DNA of 64,000 bases from Myxococcota bacterium (GTDB lineage: Bacteria; Myxococcota_A; Polyangia; Nannocystales; Nannocystaceae), in contig JBCCHT010000052.1 in assembly GCA_039028615.1 (NCBI GenBank), positions 1 through 64,000 of the forward strand, read 5' to 3'. The position numbers and the translations under genes were made by a program. This document shows, one piece after another, positions 1-8,501 of this stretch. Within the stretch, counting starts at the first letter, position 1. Each line of letters starts with the position of its first letter. The notes beneath the pieces are model-generated. The model did no database searches, was not told the DNA's origin, and saw only the letters and a program-made list of their open reading frames with translations.

Positions 1-625
1 CTGGGTCGTCGCCGCTGCGCGCGACCGGGCCCCCTCCATCCTGCGCGGCTTCGCTTCAGCCCTCCCCGCACGCTGACTCCCGTGCGTGCGGTGGCGTGGG
101 TCCTGCTCGACTCGGGGTTGGACCGGAGGTGAAGAAGTATGAGGTCGTGCGGAGGGTGATGCTTTGTTCGGACGAGCGGCTCGGTGGCGTGGGTCCTGCT
201 CGACTCGGGGGTTAGACCCGTAGTGAAGAGGTATGAGGTCGTGCGGAGGAGGTCTGGGCAAACCGACACTTGGAGAGGTCGCTGCCTCGCAGTCGTTCGT
301 GCCGAGGTTCGACTCTTCGAGTGGTTTGACTCGACGTCTCCGTTATTCCGTTTGCTCCCAGAGGTCGGCCTCGCTCGGAGAGGTGGCGAGATATGCCGTT
401 CGCTGATTCCTTCAGAGGTGCTTTTCCGTAGCAGCGTGACTCGAAGTCTCCGTCGCCCTTCAAGCCTTCGTAGCCATCTCTCTTCGCACTCGGATCCAAG
501 CAAGCCCCCCTCCGCCCAAGCAGGACCCACGCCACCGCACGCACGGGAGTCAGCGCGCGGGGAGGGCTGAAGCGAAGCCGCGCAGGATGGAGGGGGCCCG
601 GTCGCGCGCAGCGGCGACGACCCAG
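1..625. repeat. Non-coding element bounded by ~107-bp inverted repeats (1-107 / 519-625), MITE/REP-like
   Basis: 1-107 is the reverse complement of 519-625 with one mismatch seen. The left arm may extend beyond the window. Confidence 0.85.
89..249 (+). repeat. Imperfect ~67-bp direct repeat (89-155 and 182-249)
   Basis: CGGTGGCGTGGGTCCTGCTCGACTCGGGG...GTATGAGGTCGTGCGGAGG occurs twice. Confidence 0.85.
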
Positions 626-810
626 CCTCTACAAGCACTCAGGCGCAACATCGCCGCGAGCACGTCCGGGGAGGGTTCCAGCCGTTAAGCAGGCAAGCCG
701 TTCATTCGAACACCGCACCACCCTCCGCCCCGGCAATCCGCCCTTCGAGCAGGAAGCCAAACAACCCCTCGCGAAAGAGGATGAACTGAAGCCCCCCGGT
801 CTGGACGCCT

Positions 811-1725
811 TCATCCCGCCCGCCGACGCTTCGGCCGACGACGAATCTTCCCCTGCATCGCGTCCCGCACGATCCCTTTGGCGTCCTCGTCGAAGCTCCC
901 GTCGAGAAACCACCGCAGGTAGCGACGCTCGTTCGGATCGGACGCGATCTGCCGCAGGCTCTTGCCCCGCATGCGCCCAAAGTTGAACACGGGCTCGTTG
1001 TCACGCCACATGAAGCGACGCTGACCATCGCAGTAGGAGTCGTTGTGGGCGCTCGATGTGTCGTGCAGCGCATCGATGTCGATGGGCAGGTCGTCGTAGC
1101 GCGAGAGCTGACCGGCGAAGACCTCGAGCGAAGCGATGGTGTCCGCCTCGGCTCCGTGCGCGTCGACCAGCTCCTTGTCGCAGTAAAAGCGAAGCGCCGC
1201 GGAGAGGTTTCGCGGCTCTCGCTGGTGATAGATGACCTGCGAGTCGATGACCCGACTGCGAGACAGGTCGAAGGTCGAGCCCGCCCGAGCGAGCTCGGCC
1301 GCGAGGATGCGGACATCGAAGCGGCCGATGCTGAAGCCGGCCAAGTCGGCCCCCTCGAAGATCTTCGCCAGCTCCGGGGCAATCGCAGCAAAGTTCGGCG
1401 CCTCGACGAGGTCGTCGTTGACGATGCCGTGAATCTCGCTGGCCTCGACCGGGATTCGAACGCCGGGATTGATGCGCCAGGTCTTGGGGGTACTGATGCC
1501 GGCGGGGGGAACCTCTACGCGCACGGCCGAAATCTCGACGATGCGATCGCTGACCGGATCGGTGCCCGTCGCTTCGATGTCGAAGAAGACGACCGGCTGC
1601 GACAGGGATTTCCAAAACTCCTCGAAGCGCGGGCCGAAGCGGGCACGCAGTGCATCGCTGCTCGCCAGGCTCTCCGAGGCGGGAGCATCGGCCGAGGGCG
1701 TCGTGTCGCTGGAGTCGCTGGACAT
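811..1725 (-). CDS. DEDDh 3'-5' exonuclease (DNA Pol III epsilon/DnaQ-like)
   Basis: FFDIEATG, SEIHGI, FDVRIL and AHGAEADT motifs. Start taken at MSSDS. Confidence 0.85.
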   Translation of the reverse strand: MSSDSSDTTPSADAPASESLASSDALRARFGPRFEEFWKSLSQPVVFFDIEATGTDPVSDRIVEISAVRVEVPPAGISTPKTWRINPGVRIPVEASEIHGIVNDDLVEAPNFAAIAPELAKIFEGADLAGFSIGRFDVRILAAELARAGSTFDLSRSRVIDSQVIYHQREPRNLSAALRFYCDKELVDAHGAEADTIASLEVFAGQLSRYDDLPIDIDALHDTSSAHNDSYCDGQRRFMWRDNEPVFNFGRMRGKSLRQIASDPNERRYLRWFLDGSFDEDAKGIVRDAMQGKIRRRPKRRRAG

Positions 1726-1978
1726 GAGCTGCGGGTTATACCGAAGACCCGCGACCGTGCTGTCGGCCGGTCGTGGCACGGTGCCTCACCAGTGCTTCGC
1801 GATCAGGTCGAGAACGCCACTACAACGCCGTCTTCTCGTTTCGCATCTCGGATGAATTGGAGCACGGAGTTTTCTCGCATGGCGGCCGGCGCGAAACTCC
1901 CGGAGCAAACGATGCCGCCATCAACGCGATCGCAGAGGTCGCTTGGAGCGAGCTGCCACCCCTGATAGCTTGATTGCA

Positions 1979-3100
1979 ATGCGCGGATTGTCTGCTTCGG
2001 GTCTCTCTTTGGTGATGCTCGCGTTGGGAGTCACCGGCTGTGTCGGCGACACCGGGCCGACGGAACCCGACGCGAACTCGGGCGGCGGCATTCCGTTGCC
2101 GACCTCGGGGGCGATGACCGGCAGCGAAGGCACCGACGCGGTCGGCGACGACGACGACGACGAAGAGAAGCTCGACGTCGCGATGGGCTCGGGCGGCATC
2201 CCCTGTGCCGAGGGTGGCGACTGCGGCGAGTGTGTCCCGCTCGAGCACACGCCGTGCGACGGCGCGGCCGACAACATGATCTCGGCCATCGGCCTCAACT
2301 GCCCCGGCGAGCACTCGGTGGAGGTCACCAGCTTCGGTAACCCCGCCGCGATGGCGGTCCGCACCGGCTTCGGCAACACCAATACGTGGGCGCCCACCGA
2401 AGGCTCGGCCTTTGCGGTGCTGGGCAGCGGGTTCACGACCGAGCTCGACAGCGAGACTCCGGTGCTGGATTCGGATGCCGGACCGACCTTCTGCAACGAC
2501 GACTTGGGGGCTGACTACGACATGGGGACGATGCTCCCCGCCCCCATCCAGGCGACGGACGTCGGCGGCGACTGCTCGGAGAACGACGGGCTGCTCGGGA
2601 CCGGTGACTGCTCGAACACCATCGAGGGTCAGTTCTCGCAGGGCGGCGCGGCCAACGACTACACCGAGCTGCGGGTGGTGGCCGACGTGCCCAACAGCAG
2701 CAACTCGGTGAGCTACGACTTCGCGTTCTTCTCGACCGAGTATCCGTTCTACTTCGGCAGCACCTTCAATGACATGTACGTCGGGTGGCTCGAGTCGGAG
2801 AGCTGGACCGGCAACATCTCGTTCGACAACCAGGGCAACCCGATCTCGCTCAACGCGGGCTTCCTCGACTTCACCGACGACGGCGGCACGATCCCCGAGT
2901 TCGCGGGCACCTGCATGCGTCAGCACGCGGGCACGCGCTGGCTCAACTCCACCGCTCCGGTGACGCCGGGCGAGACGATCACGCTGGTGTTCGCGGTGTT
3001 CGATCTCTCGGACTCGATCCTCGACAGCTACGTGTTCCTCGACAACTTCGGCTGGGGTTGCGACGGCGAGGACACCCCGTCGACGAACCCGATCGGCTAG
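1979..3100 (+). CDS. Lipoprotein with choice-of-anchor L-like domain
   Basis: Lipobox-like VTGC, acidic linker, FFSTEYP..GSTFND and FDLSDSILDSYVFLD motifs. Confidence 0.7.
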   Translation: MRGLSASGLSLVMLALGVTGCVGDTGPTEPDANSGGGIPLPTSGAMTGSEGTDAVGDDDDDEEKLDVAMGSGGIPCAEGGDCGECVPLEHTPCDGAADNMISAIGLNCPGEHSVEVTSFGNPAAMAVRTGFGNTNTWAPTEGSAFAVLGSGFTTELDSETPVLDSDAGPTFCNDDLGADYDMGTMLPAPIQATDVGGDCSENDGLLGTGDCSNTIEGQFSQGGAANDYTELRVVADVPNSSNSVSYDFAFFSTEYPFYFGSTFNDMYVGWLESESWTGNISFDNQGNPISLNAGFLDFTDDGGTIPEFAGTCMRQHAGTRWLNSTAPVTPGETITLVFAVFDLSDSILDSYVFLDNFGWGCDGEDTPSTNPIG

Positions 3101-3170
3101 CCGCAGGCCCGAACGACGACGGCTCGGGTCGCAGGCCGACCCGAGCGCGTCTCCGATCAGCGTCGAGCGA

Positions 3171-3962
3171 TCAGTTCGGCCAGGCCGGCTCGTCGAGCCA
3201 CCGGCTGATGTACTGACGCGTGTGCTGCAGCGCGATCGGGCCCTGGTCGAGCTTGAACGGGGTGACCCGCGGCAAGTCGGGCGTGATGACCCGGAGGCGA
3301 TGCCCGGGGATTTCTTCGGGGATGGGCTGTCGGCTCGAACGCACGACTTTGCGCCGCGACGGCAGGTAGTGCATCAGGATCCGCTCCTCGGACTCCACCG
3401 CGCTCAGGCCGATGCGATCGGAGACACCCCCGTCGACGACCAAGCGGCGATCGATCCACAGCGGCCGGAACATGACGGGCACGGTGCACGATGCTTGGAT
3501 CGCGAGATCGATGCGACCGCTGCTCATGGGCACGGTACGTCGACGGAGCACGTCGTGGACGATGGCGGTGAACGGAATCCGGCACTGACCGAAGTCCTCG
3601 ACGCCGGCCCGCGACAAGACCTGCCGCAGCTTGCGGTTGAACTTGCGACCCCGCAGCAGCACGCCCAGCGGCAAGCCCGGGTCCCAGAACTCGTCGCGGC
3701 GGAGCGACAGCAGCTCCTCGGCCAGCGCGTCACCAGACAGGCCGCTGGCCCACAGGCCCCCGGCCAGAGCCCCCGCCGAGCACCCGATGATGCGACGCGG
3801 ACGCAGCGAGGCGGCCTCGAGCGCCTGCAGGAAGCCGGTATGAGCGAAGAACCCGAAGAACCCGGCCCCGAGCATCAGCGTGAAGGGCTCGCGGGCGAGC
3901 CACTCTCGACGCGTCAGGGCGGGGCTGTGAGTGACTTCGGGATCGGAAGCCGAGGCGCTCAA
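3171..3962 (-). CDS. Patatin-like phospholipase
   Basis: GAGFFG loop, GCSAG nucleophile motif and DGG motif. Probable TTG start overlaps the upstream TGA. Confidence 0.8.
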   Translation of the reverse strand: MSASASDPEVTHSPALTRREWLAREPFTLMLGAGFFGFFAHTGFLQALEAASLRPRRIIGCSAGALAGGLWASGLSGDALAEELLSLRRDEFWDPGLPLGVLLRGRKFNRKLRQVLSRAGVEDFGQCRIPFTAIVHDVLRRRTVPMSSGRIDLAIQASCTVPVMFRPLWIDRRLVVDGGVSDRIGLSAVESEERILMHYLPSRRKVVRSSRQPIPEEIPGHRLRVITPDLPRVTPFKLDQGPIALQHTRQYISRWLDEPAWPN

Positions 3963-4486
3963 GGAGCCGTGACCTCGGCGGCAGCTTCGAACACCGCCGC
4001 CAGCTCGGCGTCGTCCTCGGCCAGCTCGCTCATGGCTTCGGTGACCATGCCCAGCGCCGCGACCTTCTTGCCGGGGCGACGGACGACCCAGCGCTTGCGC
4101 GACTGGTAGCGGACGGTGCCCGTGGGATCGCCGTGGACGTCGAGGCAGTGGTCGAAGCCGCGGGTGGGCTTGCAGGTCTCGAGCCGGAGCTGGACCTTGC
4201 GGCCGTCTTGCAGGAACTCGACCTCGGCTTTGTTCTTGGCGCCGGGGGTCCAGTGGAAGACATCGTGGTGACCCCGCAGCAGCGAGCCCTGGAAGAACGC
4301 GCCCAAAAAGCGATCGCCCGAGCGCATCGTCAGGAACGCCGTCATGGGTATCTTGGGATCGGTGGGTACGTTGGAGATCCACAGCCGCTCGGTCGCGGTG
4401 GCGGTGCCGTCTCCTCCACAGCCCGTGACCACGCCGAAGGAGCCAACCGCCAAGCCAATCGCCAGTGCTTTCACGCCATTACCCAT
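3959..4486 (-). CDS. Hypothetical lipoprotein
   Basis: Signal peptide ending VVTGC; coupled to the patatin gene. Confidence 0.65.
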   Translation of the reverse strand: MGNGVKALAIGLAVGSFGVVTGCGGDGTATATERLWISNVPTDPKIPMTAFLTMRSGDRFLGAFFQGSLLRGHHDVFHWTPGAKNKAEVEFLQDGRKVQLRLETCKPTRGFDHCLDVHGDPTGTVRYQSRKRWVVRRPGKKVAALGMVTEAMSELAEDDAELAAVFEAAAEVTAP

Positions 4487-4626
4487 GGTGGCGTGATCGT
4501 GGCAGCGTGGAGCAGGACGGGCAAGTGGGCCCAGAAGGGGCCCGCCCCCGCGCTGCGAAGGCGTCGAGCCTGTGGGAGGGCCCCAAACGTTGCCTCCGTG
4601 CGGCTCCAGGTGTTAAGGGTGCACGC

Positions 4627-5841
4627 ATGGGAAGCATCACGGTCGGGAATGCATCACCCGGCTCGCGCCACCGCACGCGCGGCCACACAGTGCTCGGCGC
4701 CGTTATCGCAACGGCGCTCCTGGGACTTGGAGCCTGCCAAGACCCGAACGCGGGAGGCGCTCCTACGCGCCACGGCGAGGCTGGCCACGGCGGTCACGGT
4801 GAGGCGAAGAAACTGCCTTCGGTGGCCCCCCGCCCCTCGACGCTCTCGGTCGCAGCCGTGCTCGAGCGCGCCAAAGAGCACTTTTCTCCGCTGCCCGAGG
4901 CGGCCGAGAGCCGCAGCAACCCCATCACGCAAGCCAAGGTCGACCTGGGGCGGATGCTCTACTTCGACAAGCGCCTGTCGAAGAACCACGACCTCGCGTG
5001 CGCGAGCTGCCACGACCTGGGCGGCTTCGGCGTGGACATCCGCGAAGACGGAGGCCAGCGCGCCAAGACCTCGAGCGGACACAAGGGTCAAAAGGGCGAC
5101 CGCAACACGCCGACCGTCTACAACGCGGGGCTGTACCTCGCGCAGTTCTGGGATGGCCGCGCCAAGAACCTCGAGGAGCAAGCGAAGGGCCCGGTGACCA
5201 ACCCGGTCGAGATGGCGATGGCCGACGAGACCGCCGTGGTCAACACGCTGACCTCGATCCCCGGCTACGTCGAGGCGTTCGCCAAGGCGTTCCCCGAGGA
5301 CATCGATCCGGTGGACTACGACAACATGGCCCTGGCCATCGGGGCATTCGAGCGGCAGCTGATGACTCCCGGCCCGTTCGACGATTTCCTCTCGGGCAAG
5401 CTGACCGCCCTCGACGAGAAGCAGCTGGCTGGGCTCGACCTGTTCCTCACCGCCGACTGCGTGCAGTGCCACACCGGCCCTGCCCTCGGCGGCACGATGT
5501 ACAAGAAGCTCGGCATCGTGAAGGCGTGGGAAGGCCTCGAGGATCCCGGTCGCGGCAAGCTGACCAAGAAGCCCGACGACGAGCACGTGTTCAAGGTGCC
5601 CTCGCTCCGCAACATCACGAAGACGGGCCCCTACCTGCACGACGGGTCGATCGCCGACCTCGAGACGATGGTGCAGAAGATGGCGACGCATCAGCTCGCC
5701 AAGGGCGAGCTGAGCCCCGACGAGATGACGGCGATGATCGCCTTCCTCGGCAGCCTCGAGGGGCGCCTGCCCACCGAGTACATCGCGGCGCCGACCCTGC
5801 CCGAGAGCGGGCCCGAGACTCCGGCCGCCGACCCGACCTGA
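4627..5841 (+). CDS. Di-haem cytochrome c peroxidase (bCcP/MauG family) lipoprotein
   Basis: CASCH and CVQCH, LGRMLYFDKRLS, QFWDGRA, FKVPSLRNI, PYLHDGS; lipobox LGAC. Confidence 0.9.
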   Translation: MGSITVGNASPGSRHRTRGHTVLGAVIATALLGLGACQDPNAGGAPTRHGEAGHGGHGEAKKLPSVAPRPSTLSVAAVLERAKEHFSPLPEAAESRSNPITQAKVDLGRMLYFDKRLSKNHDLACASCHDLGGFGVDIREDGGQRAKTSSGHKGQKGDRNTPTVYNAGLYLAQFWDGRAKNLEEQAKGPVTNPVEMAMADETAVVNTLTSIPGYVEAFAKAFPEDIDPVDYDNMALAIGAFERQLMTPGPFDDFLSGKLTALDEKQLAGLDLFLTADCVQCHTGPALGGTMYKKLGIVKAWEGLEDPGRGKLTKKPDDEHVFKVPSLRNITKTGPYLHDGSIADLETMVQKMATHQLAKGELSPDEMTAMIAFLGSLEGRLPTEYIAAPTLPESGPETPAADPT

Positions 5842-5982
5842 GCGACGGCGACGTCGGGCCTCGACCACGGGGCCCGACTCGAACGAGCTGCCGACCCGCA
5901 CCCGAGGCGCCCGCCTCGACCGTGCGGGTCGCTTCGTTTCGAAGGTGAGCCACTCGGCGCCCCGATGATCGATGCCCCAGCC

Positions 5983-6633
5983 TCAGTCGAGAAGGTCGCA
6001 GAGGCCTCCGACCACCGCGAAGGTCACGTCGAAGGGGAGCACCGCGACCCCGACGGCAATGTCGGCGACCTCTCCGAGCACGTTGCCCGTGCGAGTGAAG
6101 GCGCCGCCGGAGACGTCGTTGATGCCGGTCGCCACGTCGCGCACCGGGCCGGACGAGGAGCGGGCGGCCACGCGCGAGCGCGCCGCCGGTCGTTGGCGAG
6201 CGAACGAAGTGCGGCCGAGACCCGAGTCACTCGAGAGCGTGGGCGTCGGTCGGGCGGCATCCGCCTGTGCTCCCAACGTGGTCGCGACTTTGGGGATCGG
6301 CTTGCCCAGGGTTCGGGCCACTGCCCGCACGACGGGCACGAGGTCACCACCGTCGAACCAGACGCCATGCCGCGCACAGGTGTCGACGTCGATCATGGCC
6401 TCGGTGGCCGTGACCAGCTTCATGGTCTGGCGACAGACCGGGCATGCGGAGCGAGGTGCATCGTCGTCGCGCGGAGGCACCTCCGGCTGCAGCACGGCCA
6501 ACAAGCGCAAGCCGACGCCCGCACTCACGAAAGCGCCCGAGCACCGACGACAGGCCAGGACCTCGCAGCCTGCGACGGTCCGACCCTCGAGGATCGCGTC
6601 GGGGCAACGAGGGCAGCGACAGCCAGCGAACAT
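5983..6633 (-). CDS. Zinc-ribbon (zf-TFIIB-like) domain protein
   Basis: CPRC/CRRC and CPVC/CARHGVWFDGGDL pairs. Confidence 0.7.
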   Translation of the reverse strand: MFAGCRCPRCPDAILEGRTVAGCEVLACRRCSGAFVSAGVGLRLLAVLQPEVPPRDDDAPRSACPVCRQTMKLVTATEAMIDVDTCARHGVWFDGGDLVPVVRAVARTLGKPIPKVATTLGAQADAARPTPTLSSDSGLGRTSFARQRPAARSRVAARSSSGPVRDVATGINDVSGGAFTRTGNVLGEVADIAVGVAVLPFDVTFAVVGGLCDLLD

Positions 6634-6750
6634 CCCCGACACGCTAGCAGAGCGCGGACAAAGTGCTCTATTTCCAAGGTCTTACCGGCCTTCAGCCCGG
6701 TGCGCCCTTTGCCGTGAAAACCCTCACCATCGAAGTGGTACAGTGCCTAC

Positions 6751-8433
6751 ATGCGTGTGGAGGTGGGTCTTTTCCTTGCATTGGTTCCGGTCGTGGCGCT
6801 GAGTGGCTGCCAGTCCGATTCGCCGGAGTCGGCCCCGGCCTCGGTCACGGAGCTGGGCCCCGCGGGCGGCATCGCTCGCTCGGAGGACGGCAACCTGGCG
6901 ATCGACATCCCGCCCAACGCCCTGGCCGAGGCCATCGAGCTGACCATCGAGGTCACCAACGACGCCCCGCCGAGCATCGGGCCGGCGTATCGAGTGTCAC
7001 CGAACCTCGGGCTGCGCGAAGACGCCACGATCACCTACAGCTACGGATCGATCGACGTCAGTGGACGCGACCTCGATCGCCTGGCGGTCGCGGTCGACGA
7101 CGGCATCAACTGGCAGCCGCTCGTCCGCAGTGACGGCGTGGCCGGCAACAGCGTGTCGGCATCGGACGACGAGCTGTCGTTCCACTACGGCCTCATCGAG
7201 CTGGGCAACGACACGGCTACGGGCTCGGGCACCGGCGACGCCTCGGGCTCGGGCGGCACCGCCTCGGATGACGGCGCCACCGGTGACGGTCCCACGGGCG
7301 ACGCGACGGTCGGTGACGAGACGGACGACGCCACGGCCGACGACTCCGACGGATCGGGCGGCTCGATGGGCGACGGCTGCGGCGTGGGCAACGTGAGCGC
7401 GGAGGACTTCTGCTTCCTCGAGGGCTTCGCCGTGTCGATGGGCGACGCCCCTACTTCGATCACCGTCGTCGATCTCGATGGCGACGGGCACCTCGACATC
7501 CTCACCACCAACGGCCTGTCGGACGACGTCAGCCTGCGCTTCGGCACGGGCACCGGGTTCTTCGGCGCCGAGGCGACCTTCCCCGCGGGCGCGTCGCCTT
7601 TCGCCCTGACGATCGACGACCTCGACGGCAACGGCGATCTCGACCTGGTGGTCACCAACACCACGGGCAACTCGGTGAGCCTCTTGCTCTCCGACGGCGC
7701 GGGCGGCTTCGGCGAGGCCATGCAGTTCGCCACGGGCAACGGCCCGGTGGGCGCGGTGATCGGCGACTTCGACGAAGACACGAACCTCGACGTGGTCACC
7801 GCGAACAACGCCACCGACGACGTCAGCCTGCTGCTGGGCGACGGCGCGGGCGGCCTGGGGGCGCCGACCGGGTTTGCCGTCGGCGACACGCCGCAGGCGA
7901 TCGGCATCGGCGACTTCAACAACGACATGAACCTCGACGTGGTGCTGGCCAACAACGATGCGCTGACCTTGATGGCGGGCAACGGGGCCGGGCTCTTCGG
8001 GGCGCCAGCCGACTTCGCGGTGCTGGGCGTGGCGTCGGCGCTGGCCGTGGCCGACTTCAACGACGACACGGAGCTGGACGTGGTGATCGCCAACGCGGGC
8101 GTCGACCAGGTGACCATCTTGCCGGGCAACGGCGTCGGCGGCTTCGGGGGCGGCATCCCCTTCCCGGCCGGCGGCACCGTGCCCAACGCGCTGGCGGTGG
8201 GCGAGCTGTCCGGGGACGCCGACCTCGACGTGGCGGTCCTCAGCGCGGGCGACAACACGGTCTCCATCCTGCGGGGCAACGGCGCGGGCGGCCTCGAGCT
8301 CGCGGTCACCCTGCCCACGGGAGGCAGCCCCAGCGGCGTGGGGGTGGGCGACTTCAACGAAGACGGCGTCCTCGACATCGTGGTCAGCAACGGCGACGAC
8401 GACGACGTCAGCCTGCTGCTGTCGATCCCCTGA
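6751..8433 (+). CDS. FG-GAP/VCBS-repeat beta-propeller lipoprotein
   Basis: LSGC lipobox, N-terminal GPAGG..IPPNAL (ZU5-like) domain, ~7 DxDxDGxLD repeats. Confidence 0.85.
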   Translation: MRVEVGLFLALVPVVALSGCQSDSPESAPASVTELGPAGGIARSEDGNLAIDIPPNALAEAIELTIEVTNDAPPSIGPAYRVSPNLGLREDATITYSYGSIDVSGRDLDRLAVAVDDGINWQPLVRSDGVAGNSVSASDDELSFHYGLIELGNDTATGSGTGDASGSGGTASDDGATGDGPTGDATVGDETDDATADDSDGSGGSMGDGCGVGNVSAEDFCFLEGFAVSMGDAPTSITVVDLDGDGHLDILTTNGLSDDVSLRFGTGTGFFGAEATFPAGASPFALTIDDLDGNGDLDLVVTNTTGNSVSLLLSDGAGGFGEAMQFATGNGPVGAVIGDFDEDTNLDVVTANNATDDVSLLLGDGAGGLGAPTGFAVGDTPQAIGIGDFNNDMNLDVVLANNDALTLMAGNGAGLFGAPADFAVLGVASALAVADFNDDTELDVVIANAGVDQVTILPGNGVGGFGGGIPFPAGGTVPNALAVGELSGDADLDVAVLSAGDNTVSILRGNGAGGLELAVTLPTGGSPSGVGVGDFNEDGVLDIVVSNGDDDDVSLLLSIP

Positions 8434-8447
8434 GGCTCGCCCGAATG

Positions 8448-8481
8448 AAAAAAGGCCGAGGTCCTCGCGGACCTCGGCCTT
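8448..8481. terminator. Rho-independent terminator between convergent genes, probably bidirectional
   Basis: Stem AAGGCCGAGGTCC / GGACCTCGGCCTT with a 4-nt loop. The A-run gives a U-tract on the - strand. Confidence 0.8.
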
Positions 8482-8501
8482 CTTCGTTCGCCCTGGTGGG
8501 C

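Noticed and set aside
89..249. Direct repeats as a CRISPR array
   Set aside because: Only two imperfect ~67-bp copies, no repeat-spacer periodicity and no cas genes.
184..570. ORFs 184-570 (+) and 212-544 (-) as a transposase
   Set aside because: Short, no recognisable motifs, and they lie within the repeat element.
3963..4382. N-terminal extension of the patatin ORF, or a frameshift
   Set aside because: It is an alternative frame over the upstream lipoprotein gene; a TTGA overlap explains the junction.
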